Origin: Eledone cirrhosa
Lineage: Eukaryota
Length of the DNA: 64,000 nt
Assembly: GCA_964016885.1 (NCBI GenBank)
Contig: OZ024741.1
Location: 122,760,001-122,824,000, forward strand
Direction of reading: 5' to 3'
Shown: positions 13,367 through 27,705 of the stretch, in pieces
Layout of the letters: the number at the start of each line of letters is the position of its first letter
How positions within the stretch are numbered: position 1 is the stretch's first letter
Notes under the pieces: generated by a model
The model's input: the letters and a program-made list of their open reading frames with translations, nothing else
What the model was told of the DNA's origin: nothing
Databases searched by the model: none
Made by a program: the position numbers and the translations under genes

Positions 13367-13689
13367 AAATGTATCGCCTGTTATAACGGTGGTGCCTTAG
13401 AGACGTTACAAATAGTTAACTAAGAATGTGTTTTAACACAAATCAGCGAAAACAAAATTAATTTAATCACTGAATTATAATTAAAGACGTAATGCTTCTA
13501 GCTTCAATGTATGTAATAGTTTCAGGTGACCCATTTATTGAGGAAATATACGAATGTAACATATGTAGGTCATCCAGAGATGAACATACTGTATGTTACA
13601 TGAACAATATACGGGATTTTGTCGATTTTGAGGATGCGTTTTATTTGTTCGGCCAAATCTACGGTCTAATCTTTAATATAATAGTTTTT

Positions 13690-13974
13690 ACTTTTTGGCG
13701 CAAGGCCAACAATTACTCTAATCTATTACTGGTGCTATATGTTATCGACCCCGTACGGATGAAAGGCAAAGTTAATCTTAATATAATTGTTTCTACTTTT
13801 GGCACAAGGCCAGCAAATACCCTGTACATTACTGGTACTTTAATTTATCGAGCCCCGTAAGGATGAAAGGCAAAGTTAACCTCGGCGGGATTTGAACTCA
13901 GACCGTAAAGGGACGTAACTATGCTATAAATCATGGCGTCCAACCCTCTACCGATACTGCCAATTCACCGCCCT
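13690..13974 (-). mobile_element. Two tandem SINE copies (one full, one partial)
   Basis: Reverse complement of the SINE consensus; the core is repeated at ~13740 and ~13845. Confidence 0.85.
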
Positions 13975-13978
13975 TTAA

Positions 13979-14833
13979 TCTATATATTAATTTCAACAAT
14001 GTCAGTATTCCGTGTGTCATAATTCTCGATTATCATTGGTTCATAGGTTTCAAACGACTCCGCCCACCTCAACGACGCCAAGCACAAATTAATATGCATA
14101 ATGCCAATAAGGGAGTGAGAGGGGAGAGTAAGAAAGAGAGAGGCAAAGTGAACTCTGTAACTAATACCATGTGTACGTGTGTATGTACGTGCGCGTATGT
14201 TTATGTGTGTGTGCGTGCAGCGTTCCAAAGAAAGTAAAAACAATTCGACTTTATCAAACAGTGAACAACAGTGGCGACAGCGTGCAGCCAGCAATGAAGA
14301 AAAACGGGCCGAACAGCGCCATCAGAACGCCGAACTTCAGAGGCGAAGGCGTGCCGCCATGAATGAAGAGAAACTGGCTGAACAACGCCAACAAAACACT
14401 GGACCCAAGCAGCGACGGCGTGCTGCGATGGTTGAAGACGAACTGGCTGAACATCATCTTTTATATTAATTATCTATATCTATATCTACATATATAATAT
14501 AAAAAATTGGAACTTCCATCATCCTTTTGAGAAACATGGAATAACCACGTCTATGCAATGATACACGTTTTACAGTCAGGCAGAAGATGAACCATCTGCT
14601 AGAGGTCACTATTCTAGGTGGGAGCACCTAGAATTGTTCATATACTATGCACAAACGGTACAACGAAGAATCTGGTATATCTGGAAGATTTTTTTTACTG
14701 TTTTTTGTATCACACAGACACCACGAACTCGCCTCATACTGTAACCAGACAAACATCCAATACAGCCATTTCCTCTTTTATTTGTCTTCTCTTATCATCT
14801 GTTTACCCGGGCGAAGCTGGGTACGTCAGCTAT
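13979..14833 (+). mobile_element. Non-autonomous Helitron (internal-deletion derivative of the adjacent element)
   Basis: Starts A|TCTATATATTAA and matches 14834-15550 with deletions. Then jumps to the 3' module ending in hairpin TACCCGG..CTGGGTA and CAGCTA. Confidence 0.88.
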
Positions 14834-15312
14834 TTATTAATTTGAAGAACATCAGTATTCCGTGTGTCATAATTCTCGATTAACATTGGTTCATAGGTTT
14901 CAAACGACTCCGCCTACCTCAACGACGCCAAACTTAAATTAATATGCATAATGCCAATGAGGGAGTGAGAGGGGAGAGTGTGAACGCTGTGTTCAATAAC
15001 TATTAACATGTGTGCGTGTGTATGTACGTGCGCGTATGTTTATGTGTGTGTGTGCGTGCGTGCAGCGTTCCACAGAAAGTAAAAACTATCAACACGTGTG
15101 AGTGTGAGCGTGTGTTAGTTTGCGCGCCTGTGCGCGTTTCCATGCGTGTATGTGTGTGGCGTTCCACAATCGCCACGCAGTTTATCTGTCTGTCTGCCTG
15201 TCTCTCAGTCAAACATACACAGAGTTGTGAAGGGAGTAAATAGGGACCTTTCTTTACATTGACTTACATCTTTTATATTTATTATTGTGTCATTTTTTGA
15301 CAATTGCTCGAA

Positions 15313-18300
15313 ATGAATACTGATAATAAAAGCAATTCGACTTTATTAAACAGTAAACTACAGCGGCGACGGCGTGCAGCCAGCAATGAAGAAAAACGGG
15401 CCGAACAGCGCCATCGGAACGCCGAAATTCAGAGGCGAAGACGTGCCGCCATGAATGAAGAGGAGCTGGCTGAACAACGCCAACGAAACAATGGAGCCAA
15501 GCAGCGACGGCGTGCTCCGATCGTTGAAGAAGAACTGGCTGAGCATCATCAGCAGATGGCCAGAATTCAGCAGCAACGGCGTGCTGCAATGGATGAAGAG
15601 GAGCTGGCTGAACAGCGCCAGCGCAATACAGAAGTTCAGAGAATGTGTCGCCAAAGTGCTCCTCATTCCAGTAAAGAGGCTAGAAGGCGAACGGATGATA
15701 TTAAAAATGGATCAAGGCAACCGTGTCATTTTCAGATTTGTGGACAAGCAGAGTGCCCACATTGTGGAGCATTGCTTTGGAGGCACGAAAAGACGTGGAC
15801 CACAATGTGCTGTCATAAAGGAGCAGTTCAACTAGAACCCTTGCGAATGCCTGATGATGAGGAGTCACGGGAGTTTAAAATACTAAGTATGTGGGGTGAT
15901 CAAGGAGACCGAGGTCGATTACTGCGCAAATATTCGAGGCAAATTAACAATTCATTAGCTTTAGCTTCGCAGAGAGTTAGCGAGATGTTTGAGAGTGGAG
16001 CATGGCAACCGAATGTAGTCATTCAAGGCCGTTTGTATCATTGTATCGGTAATTTAGAAGTTACCCCAGGAAGCTTCGATTCGCTCAAATTTACGTTAAC
16101 GATCCAGATTATAGTGAATCGGAGGTGGATATCAAGATCGGTTGGATGAAGTTGCCGGGAAATATAACTGAACTTGATCGGCAAAGGTTAAGTGATTTGA
16201 TCCGTGATTTGCAATCATGACTTAGACAGTGTAATCCTTATGCTATGGATTTCGTGTTGGTGGCAGAACTGCAAAATGTTCAGCAGCAAACATTGGTGAT
16301 TAAGGCTGACGCAGTGCCAATGAATGAACACGAACAGCAATATAAGGTCCCTGGACGATTTCGTGAAGTTGCTGTGTTGATGGACGATAAGCCTGGATCG
16401 AAAGATATCATCCTCATTCGCAGAGATGGTGGTCTCAAGACTATCAATGAGTCAAATAGGGCATACGATCCATTGCATTATGTTCTTTTATTCCCAAAAG
16501 GTGAAAATGGATGGAACATGTCTGTTCATTTAGATGATCATGAGAATCAGCATCAACAGGGAGGTGGCAATAGACACAATAATTCGATTCGTGACTTTTA
16601 CGCGTTGCATTTGAACGAGAGGAATCAACAGAGAAATGCGCTATTTCAAGCCAGCAGATTGTTCCAGGAATACTGTTGTATGGCATTCGCAAAGATCGAA
16701 AATCAAAGGCTAAATTATATAGCTACACATCAGCAACATATCAGAGCTGAATTGTATAATAATATACAGGATGCGATAACAGCCGATGAGGCCAATTACA
16801 AGCAAATTGGTCGACGCATCATTTGGCCATCGTCGTTCATCGGCGGCCCGAGATATATGAACATTCGCTATCAGGATGCAATGGCTATTGTCAGAAAGTT
16901 TGGAAAGCCAGATTTGTTTATAACGGTTACATGCAATCCTGAATGGACTGACATTAAGGATGCACTTTTGCCAGGACAACAGCCAAAGGACCGTCCTGAT
17001 ATTGTGGCAAGAGTATTCAAAGGATATCTGAAAAAGATAATGGATGATGTGAAAAAAGAGGGAATCTTTGGAGGTATAGTTGCTTTTACATACGTAATTG
17101 AATTCCAAAAAAGTGGTTTGCCACATGCACATTTGCTGATCATTTGACATAGAGATTGCAAATTGAGATGTGCTGAGGATGTCGACAGCATTGAGTGTGC
17201 TGAACTGCTGGAGAATGTTGCACTACGCAACTTGGTGGCAAAGTCAATGGTACACAACCAATGCGGAGTGGCAAATCGGAAAGCGCCTTGCATGAAAAAT
17301 GGCCAATGCAGTAAGCACTTTCCGAAATCTTTTGTCACAAACACTTCCTGGAACGATAGGGATGCTCATCCCTCATACAGAAGACGGTCGCCCGCCGATG
17401 GCGGTTTGGTCGAAAATGTAAACGGTCGACAGGTTACAAATCAATGGGTTGTGCCATACAATCCATATTTGATTATGAAATATCGTTGTCATATTAATGT
17501 GGAAATTTGTAGCTCAGTGAAAGCTTGCAAATATCTATTCAAATATGTTTACAAAGGTCATGATCGGGCAATGATCAATGTCAGGAATGAGGAAGCGTAT
17601 CAAGGAGATGAAGTTGGCAGGTTCCAGGATGTTCGCTCGATTGGATCTAGCGAAACTTGCTGGAGATTGTTCTATTTTGATCTCAATGAACGCAAACCCA
17701 GCGTTCAGAAAGTGACGGTTCACTTAGAGAATAGGCAAATGCTCTGTTTTCAGGACACTAGAAGAGGTGTCGAAAGAATTGCTAACGCATCACCTCCTAA
17801 GACGGAATTGACTGAGTCGTTCAAGAATAATAGGGAACATGCTTTGAACCCGGATCAAAGGCAGCTCTACTGCGATTTCCCCTCGCACTCTACGTGGGAT
17901 AAGAAGGGAAAGAAATGGTATGATAGAAAACAAAAGTTGAGATTCATGACTATTGGACGGGTTTGTAATGTCCATCCAGCATCTGGTGATGTGAATTATC
18001 TCCGAATTCTGTTGCATAGTGATTTTTCGAGAGGTAAACAGAGCTTCGCTGATTTGAAAACAATCAATGGCGTGGAATATGAAACATACCAGGCTGTGTG
18101 TCAGCATCTGGGACTCCTTCAGGATGACGCTGAATGGAATAACGCCATGGAAGCTGCAGGAACAACACAGATGCCAGCTCAAATAAGGCAGTTGTTTGTC
18201 ACGATTCTAGGATTCTTCAACCCTGCCGATCCAAGAGAGTTATTTGATCGCCATTGGGGAATTATGGCTGATGATTTTAGTCATCATCTTCAGGTCGATG

Positions 18301-19966
18301 ATGAAAATTTGATGAAAGCTATTGTTTTGCTCAATATTGAGCAACTGCTTGAAGTTCAATTCAAATGTTTAAGAGATTTCGATTTGCCAATTCCTGATGA
18401 AGAAATGCGGCAACGTGTCTTAGCATTGAACATGAGATTGCAGCTTAGACGGTTGCCACTCGATCGGAGGGAACTATTCCAGTTTGATCCACTGGAACAG
18501 CAACGTATTGTGGATGATCGTATGCCAATGTTGACCCAATCTCAGAGAGAATTGGTCGATGGCGTTCTCCACTCGATTTCCACTAATGAGCAACTTTGTG
18601 CTTTCATAGATGCTCCAGGAGGCACCGGAAAAAGACATTCTGTTTCAACACTATGTTATCGGCAGTCAGAGCTCAGAGGAAGATTGCTCTGTCTGTGGCC
18701 ACCAGTGGGGTCGCTGCCACTTTGCTGAGTGGTAGAAGGACCTTCCACTCATGCTTCAAAGCTCCATTGGCTCCGGATGTGTTGAGTGTCTGTAATATTA
18801 CAGGACAAAGTGAACTCGCGGCCGTTATACGCAATACGTCTCTGATTATTTGGGACGAGGCTCCTATGGCACACAGACATTTGCTGGAGGCATTGGACAG
18901 AACTTTGAGAGATATCTGCAGGAGTGACCTGCCATTCGGTGGTAAGACTATCGTTCTTGGTGGAGATTTCAGACAGGTGCTCCCAATTGTTAGGAATGCT
19001 AAAAGAGCGCAAATTGTCGATGCATGTCTGAAAAAGTCCCCGTTGTGGCGCCATTTTAGAGTTTTGCGATTACACGATAATATGCGACTTCGTATGTCCG
19101 GGCAAAACGAAGAGGCTGAGACATACGGCTGATGGTTGATGCAGTTGGGAAACGATGAATTGCCACACATTGGTGATAATCAGACTGTAAGAATCCCAGA
19201 CCATTTGGTCATGCCACTGGGCTGCCAAGCATTGATTGACTGGGTGTTCCCTAATTTGAATGCTTTTTGGCAGAATATCTCCTGGATATCGGAACGCGTT
19301 ATTCTAACTCATACGAATGCAACGGTCGATGAAATAAATTCACAAGTATCCGGAATGTTTCCTGGAGAGGAATGGTTGACCGTCAGTGCGGATGCAATGG
19401 AGCCTAATCAGCAGAAACATATGGATGTTCCGACTGAGTATCTGAATTCACTTCAAATACCCGGATTTCCCCCACATATTTTGAGGTTGAAAAAGGGTAT
19501 GCCGATTATATTGCTTAGAAATATCAATCATAAAATGGGTCTTTGCAATGGTACCAGATTGATTGTTGAGAGATTGATTAACAGAAGAGTTTTAGAAGCT
19601 AAACTCCCAGGCAGAGAGGAATCGGTTCTCATTCCGAGGATCATGCTGAGACCAAGTGAAGATCTGCTGCCATTCATTTGGCAAAGGAGACAGTTTCCCG
19701 TCAATTTGGCCTTCTCCATGATTGTCAACAAAGCACAGGGACAGACTTTCAAGCGAGCCGGTGTCTACTTGAATGATCCACCATTCAGCCATGGGCAACT
19801 GTATGCTGCTGCATCTCGAGTGTGCGATCCTGATGGTATACAATTTTCAATTAATACCACTAACAGAGGAACAACCCAGAATATTGTCTATAATGAAGCT
19901 GATGTATGCATATCTTTAATGCTATCAATAAGCGACGTAAATGATTCGGACATTGGTGTCCTTTGA
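15313..19966 (+). pseudogene. Helitron Rep/helicase (RepHel) pseudogene
   Basis: 23-aa N-terminal repeats; zinc finger CPHC...CC; Rep motifs PDLFITVTCNP, EFQKSGLPHAH (HUH), KYLFKYVYKG; Pif1 motifs DAPGGTGK, IIWDEAPM, GGDFRQ, NKAQGQT, SHGQLY. Frameshifts at ~16070 and ~18630; stops at ~16220, 17147 and 19132. Confidence 0.95.
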
Positions 19967-20701
19967 TCAGTATTGTGAGCTTTGACAGAGTTATCATTTA
20001 TGTTCAATGTCATTTATTGTCGATAATGAGCAATAAAAACCAACAAGTATTGGTAGAAATTGCCTTCAAATTTATCGCTTCTGATTGCAGTGGTAATAAA
20101 ACCTCATCATATGCTGAGTCTGGCAAAACGTTTGGTACCTATGGCCGGCCAGGGCTAGAATAATATTGAAAAACGATTCTATTTTCGAAGTAGAAGGATC
20201 CGCCATTTGGAGTTCAAACCAGGCCACCTCCCCGAGTTGAACTCTGGGCAATATTGACTGTCTATTACTCATTGGCTAAGACCTGGAAATTACTGAATAC
20301 ATTTTTGTGTCATATAATTTGTTGTTTCATTATTATAGCTGACCACTTATAGATAAGCATGTTATCCATATCCATATTAATTTGGCATTTGTATAAACCA
20401 TTTTAAGTAAATAGGGACCTTTTTTTACATTGACGGACATCTTTTATATTAATTATCTATATCTATATCTACATATAATATAGAAGATTAGAACTTCCAT
20501 CATCCTTTTGAGAAACGTGGAACAACCACGTCTATGCTATGGTACACGTTTTACAGTCAGGCAGAAGATGAACCATCTCCTAGAGGTCACTATTCTAGTT
20601 TTTTGTATCCCACAGACAACACGGACTCGCCTCATACTGTAACCAGACAAACATCCAATACAGTCATTTTCTCTTTTACCTGTCTTCTCTTATCATCTGT
20701 T

Positions 20702-20731
20702 TACCCGGACGAAGCTGGGTACGTCAGCTAG
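20702..20731 (+). terminator. Helitron 3' terminator hairpin and CTAG end
   Basis: TACCCGGACGAAGCTGGGTA stem-loop, 6 nt upstream of the terminal CTAG. Confidence 0.9.
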
Positions 20732-22362
20732 TCTTAATATAATGCTGTGTAAAGATGAAAAATAAGTTGTTCTCATGGAAGTACAGAGAACCATAATTTA
20801 TTGCCTGAATTAAATGAAAAAGATTATGATATGTAAATATTACAAAAGGTGGTGTTATAGACTTAAAACATGGTATTGTCTCATTCTTTTCTCATTCAAC
20901 ATCAATTTCGCATATTTGTTTAATCTTTTTAATTTCTGAGATTCTGAACAAAAATAGGAAGGAGATTGATATTGTTCATCTCCCCATCCTTTGCAAATGA
21001 TTCATCCAATTAGTGCCATAGCAACAAATACTCTATAAATAAGAAGAATTTGCTTTTGAACAGGATTGTACAAAGATGAAAGTGTTGAAAAATGGATTAA
21101 GATAATAAATATAAAAAGAGAGATATTATAAATAGAAAAAATAGGGATTAAATTAAGAAAAAAAAACAAGTGAGAATCAGGAGCAAATTTGATAAGTCGT
21201 ATATCTCAATTGCGTCCCGCAGACAAGATGCTAGAGGCATTGACGCCGAACTTCAATTGAGAACCAATATATTACCCATCCTTCAAACGCGCTGCACTCA
21301 TCACGAAAGAAAAGGCTAGTTTGGGAACCGTGGTCTTCACGTAGAACGACACTAAAAGTTAGCTGTTGGTCATGTCCCAGTATTTAGATATCTTACACTT
21401 CTCTTCGTTATGGGCATCAGTGCCCGGGTTTGTGGTCGAAGTGAAAAGGTTCGACCCGGGGAACCCGTCGCAGCATATGGCGTCCCAGATTAGAGATTTA
21501 CTCCCTTCGAACGGGTATAGGTTTATCCTGTCTGGGCGGTTATCTTTCTTACTGTTTAAATAATAAAACTGTTCATATACATGGTATCTGGTTTTAATTC
21601 TTTAAATAGACAACTATAGTTTAGGTGACTTCACTATTTACTCGATCAAGCTCTATTAATATTAATGTCCTTGTTGTTAGCATCTTCAAAATATGTTTTG
21701 TCTTGGTTTAGTACCCGAATCAAATATGTTGATATTCAATGTTCATCAGCAAATCTCATCTAGTATACACACTTTATGTCTCCACCTCTCATTAACCGTG
21801 CAACGGTGTGAAACTATTGTCTAACGGATTTCAAAGAAAGCTAAAGCTTGCTCTGTGTATAACCTTTCCTTAGCGATGCAAATATATTGATTTTGTAACC
21901 ATTTATACAACCTATCACACAGATAAAATAAATAGTAATATAACAAAAGCGAGAGAAAAACTTTAGAAGAATATCATTGTTATTTTAATAAGGATAGAAT
22001 AAAGTATATCTGCATGAAAATAAATGCAATAAATTGGAACGGTTGCTTAGTATTCGTTAGATATATACGACATAGCAATAAAGTGATATGACCTAATCAT
22101 ACATCAGTGACATGTCATTTATGTGTATATCATTTTCCCTATATTCAACAGAAAAATTGTTAGAGAAAAGAATGAAAGCAGACACACAAACGCTATAACA
22201 TAACATGTATGCTCTTTTAATCTATATCAAAGCATATAAATATTTATTTGATTTTCGTCTGAGGATGTCGCTTCTTACATGTGGCTGCTGGGATGTCATT
22301 TTAATACTTAATTAAGAGCATAGCTACTAATATGTGGATTTCTTTTCTCGGTCATTAAAATA

Positions 22363-23568
22363 TTGAGTTGTACAGAACGTTCGCACCCATTTTTAAAAGG
22401 AGGTATTTAGGAAGAGTTTTCTGGAAATATTGCAGGTTGCATATGTGGACATATATGAGAAGTGACGTTGGTATGCATTATGTGCATTTCTCATTTTCTA
22501 TTACGCCGTCAAAAGAGACGCAACATGGATTTATTCAAATCGTTTATTCTATGTTGTTCAATTTATGACTCCAAATCTGGCCTAAGCGCAGAAGCATCGA
22601 GTCGGCACATTAACGATGCATTTGGGTCACAGTCCATGTCTGAATGCATTGCCAGGGACTGGTTTGCAAGCTTCCATTCCGGTGATTAAAGTCTTGAAGA
22701 TCGATCTCGCGCAGGACGCCCATCCTACTTCAATGACAAGCAAATGTGTGAGCTGGTGGAAGCCGAACCACGCTAGACATCACATTCATCTTTCTAAAGT
22801 GCTTGGGGAATAGAAAACACTCATTCCTAATCACTTGATGCAATAGAGAAATTGTCCACGCTGGACCAATGGGTGCCTCCAAATCTGACTTGCCTTAATC
22901 GTGAATGTCGAGCGGCGACTGATTTCTCTGCTCTCCTATCATCGCACAACCAACTGGTTAAGTTCCATTGTCTTTTGTGATGAAAAATGGTATCTAGATT
23001 AATGTCAAGCGCAAACGATTGTAGGCTGAAAAAGCGAGTGCGCTACAACAACAAGCAAAAGCTGACTTCCACCCTCGCAGGAGTTTGGTGTGGCTGGAAA
23101 AGTGTCATCCACTACGAGCTGCTGCCTTCGACCACCAGCATAAATTCTGATGTCTGTTTGCAACAACTTGACAGATTAGCGGTAAAAGTCGCCCAGGTTC
23201 ACCCGTACCATGGTCCTGTTCAATGCCTTAATGATAATGCTAGTGGCATACATTAAGGATGACTCACGAGAAGCTGCTCGAGCTAAATTGGGAGATTCTG
23301 CCCCACTCGCCGTATTTACCCGACCTTATGCCTACAGACTATCACTTTTTGCTCTTAACGTGCAATGCAGTCGAAGACCTTCGCCAATGAATACCAATTA
23401 AATCAGTAACTGACGGATTTCTTTGCATCGAAGCCAGAAGAATTATACAGGGAATCAAGTGCTTTCCTAAATAATGGCAGACCGTAATCACAAATAACGG
23501 CAATTATTGCATTAAAATCTAAGTCAATAGAAATTTGAGAAATGGTGAGAACTTTCTGTCAAACCTAA
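22363..23568 (+). mobile_element. Decayed mariner DNA transposon (~1.2 kb)
   Basis: Imperfect ~29-bp TIRs (TTGAGTTGTACAGAACGTTCGCACCCATTT vs reverse complement TTAGGTTTGACAGAAAGTTCTCACCATTT); TA on the left, CA on the right. Transposase remnants WF..F.SGD, WVP, CDEKW, DNA, HSPYLPDLMPTDYHF. Confidence 0.9.
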
Positions 23569-24119
23569 CAGAAATGTAAAAGGACGACTAACAGAAATGA
23601 TAAATGTTAATCTATCGAAGGATGTTACTGGCCTGAATAACATCACACATTGTTCCGGATCTAATGAGATTCAAAGGAAATATATCTCTTTCTATCCAAG
23701 TAACTCCAAAAAGTGGATTTTATAAATTCAAAGAACACTCTATCAGGTTGGTGTTGATTCTGCTCTACACCTTTCTCTTATTTGATCATTTATTTTTCTT
23801 ATTACAAACATTCTATAATATAAATGGATTTTGTTGAATAAAATCAAGGGAAAAAAGAGTAAAAACACTTTAAACCTAAAATTGATCTATTCGAGTTAGG
23901 ATGCAATATTTGCTACTCGGTCATTAAAACGTGCATCCATTTAATTTTTCTCATTATATGTTTTCCAAAATTCTGTATTAAATTATAAAGACCAAATGCA
24001 TGTATTCTGATGTGGAACATTATAAACGTAGTTTTAACACTAATAGATAATGCCTTAAATTTTACTTTAATTAAATTATGTAATCTTTGCAATAAAAAAT
24101 TAAATAATGGAAAGAAAAG

Positions 24120-24560
24120 TTGGGGCGGGAATCTTCACTCATATCTTTAGTATATATTTCAGCTGCCTTCCGAAAACAGGAAGGCTGCCTCCTTAGGCAC
24201 TATGAATTCCCCTCAATTTGGCAGACTAAAACCACAGTTCAGGGATTGAGCACACCGGCTTCTTTTCGGATTTTTTCCGCTTCTCTGCGTAACGGGCGTC
24301 AGTGTCCGAGTTTTTGGCAGCAGCAAAAAGTTTGGAGGCAAAGATGTCGCAGCACATATATCCCACATTAGAAATTTATTAACTTCGAAACGGAAATGGG
24401 TTGTCATGCCTGAATACTTGCCACCAGCACTGATCACGATCAAGGCAGCGTGCTGAGAGAATCCACTTGCACTGCAGTGACAGGAGTATGGATGTTGGCT
24501 GTCCTGGCTCCACAATTGTATTTGTATGGCTCTCCAAGGGGCAGGGTGCACTCATCGTGA
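24120..24560 (-). pseudogene. Possible relic of a LINE ORF1 with gag-like zinc knuckles
   Basis: Broken frames give CCCQKLGH and PN..HSA...PVF/RKAAEI-like remnants; heavily decayed. Confidence 0.3.
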
Positions 24561-24668
24561 ATATTTCAAAATTAAATGCGATGTGTATAAAAGGTAGTTG
24601 TTAGCGTTTCCACGTTGTTCAAGGAAATAATAACCCTGGAAATAATACTTTGTGAGTTAGATAATAAT

Positions 24669-24856
24669 TATTTCTACTTTTGGCACAAGGCCAGCAATTA
24701 TCCCAGTGTATTACTGGTACTTTATTTTATCGACCCCGTAGGGATGAAAGGCAAAGTTAACCTTGGCAGGATTTGAACTCAGACCATAAAGGGACGTAAC
24801 TCTTTGCTGCAAAGCATGGCGTCTGACCCTCTACCGATACTGCCAATCAACCGCCC
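24669..24856 (-). mobile_element. Full-length SINE with 18-bp TSD
   Basis: TGTGAGTTAGATAATAAT at 24651-24668 and 24857-24874. Confidence 0.92.
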
Positions 24857-25839
24857 TGTGAGTTAGATAATAATGGTGAAAGAATGGCATATTTGAATCC
24901 CATGGCAGAACAGTGGGATGCTATCTGTTTGCAAAGTGGTATGTGTGCTGAAGTTTCTTGTGTGTCACATTCTGTCCGTATTTGAGGGTGCATGACATGT
25001 CAATTTGCAGGACGTCAATCTTTAACTGGAATTTGAACGCAGAAAGTAAAGTGCCAAAAACAATATCGGAAGTTATCTAGCCTCATGTCCAAGCAATTCT
25101 GCTAATTTAGCATCCAAGAACGTTATACTATTTATTAAACCAGGAAAGATAAAGATAACCTCAAGAGGATTTGAAATCAGAATGCATTGCACAATATATA
25201 AAGCACAACATAATAAAATATATTGCAGTAACATTAAATCACAATAAAAATGGGATGCTTTTCATAGCCTGGCTTTTATATTTCTCTCGCGATATTACCA
25301 GCTCTAGAGGAATTTTGATAGTTCTAAGATTACTATAACAACTATGATAAATATGTACTATTGGGTTCCGAATCATTCCTATCTTTAAATTACATTACAA
25401 ATTGTTTCAATATTGATATTTAATTCTACGTCTGTTTAGGCATTTATTTCCAAATTAATATAACACTTCTTAGTCATTAAATATTTAATATAAACATTCC
25501 TTGGGCTAATCATCAACATTTTCGTACATTAGTGAAAGAAACAAAATTTACTCTAGGTAGTGTGTTTACGTATAACATTTTCATATACATGATAGATAAA
25601 ATTCTGGATTATGATTTACATTATGCCTTCAGGATTCAACTTAATCGTCCCGCGTTCTATGTATAAAATATGTTCATTCATGTATATATATATATATCTA
25701 ACATGTTGTGTATATGTTTGTTCTTTTGACACCGAATATTGTTGAAATGAAACAAGAAATCGAATTTAGCGTCGAGACAAATAAAATAATAATTAAATAA
25801 AGAATGAATAAAAGAAAAATTGAGAGAAACCTTTCAAAT

Positions 25840-26400
25840 TATAATAGAAGATATACAGTGGAATCGTGAATTGTCTATTTACGATTGAACCGAAGAAGCC
25901 ACAGTGGTACTGCACGACGCAAGAAAAATCTTCACAAAAGTAACATGACACTTAAAAAAATAAACCATTGAAAGCAGCGCATTTGCTTTTATAGACAGCA
26001 TCTATTAATGTACGCAGTAAATGTTTAAATCAGCATGGAATCGCAGACAGAGATAAATAGAAGGGAAGCAAAGAAAGTAATCAAAAATATCCTTGTGTGT
26101 AACGGGGAAATTTGTAAGAACGTTTGAAAATAGTCAGTAAAAAAGGAATTTCAAGCTAGAGACAATCAGAAGATAAACATCACGGATGTAACTTTGATAA
26201 CCGAAACTTCCGAGCAGCTTATTTTAGACGACGTGAGAATCTAAAACATGTTATTACTCTTCTATCTCTCTTCCCTTTGTAGATGAGGGATGGCGATAGT
26301 GGATACGAGTGAAGGCATTAAAATCAGTTCACATCAGACAATCTAATTTGTGTTCTGACAGATAGACGATATTGAAGAATTTTGCAGGAAAGTGGAAGAC
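25840..26400 (+). pseudogene. Possible highly decayed BEL/Pao LTR-retrotransposon pol relic
   Basis: Scattered remnants such as EEATVVLHDARKIFTK and DNRNFRAA in an order reminiscent of BEL RT/integrase; no long ORF. Confidence 0.25.
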
Positions 26401-26939
26401 GAAAGAGGAAGAGGGGAACGAGGAGAAGGACGTGGAGGTTGAAGAAACATACCTAGAATTTATGTTTCTCATTTAATGTCTCACTCGACAGTTTTTATCT
26501 CTTGACTGAGAATCCTTCTTTGATTTGCCGTATTTTTCTTGTCTTCACTTTTATCGTTTCTTCTGCAGTGCGTCATGTGTAGCAGAAGGGAAAACCAATA
26601 CTATCAATGATTATTCAATGTTATTTGATAAAGGGCTAACGAGAACCAGTATCATCTTATCATTACTTGAGAAAAATCGCGCATTTCTGATAAAAACTAA
26701 AATTCTAACAAATAAGCAGAAAAATAAAAAAGCGAAACTTAAGTTCGAAATACCCACTCCAGAAAAAAACAACACACACATCAACAACACAATAAAAAAT
26801 CAAGCAACAATACCCAGACAAATTATAAATAAGTACATAATTAAAATATGTGTGTATCAATATGCAGAGATATAAAAGAAATAAAATAATATAAATCAAT
26901 GTAGTCGAGGAGAAATTCAGTTTTAAATATCTCAAACTC

Positions 26940-27705
<766 letters not shown>

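Larger units (their letters stand above)
14830..20731 (+). mobile_element. Helitron, formerly autonomous, with RepHel gene
   Basis: Rep and Pif1 motifs; 3' subterminal hairpin and CTAG|T end at 20728-20732. The composite with the upstream unit sits in an A|T site with no TSD. Confidence 0.95.

Noticed and set aside
21410-21470. GC-rich hairpin GGTCGAA..TTCGACC with CTGATG on the - strand
   Set aside because: No complete ribozyme core; probably an unidentified repeat fragment.
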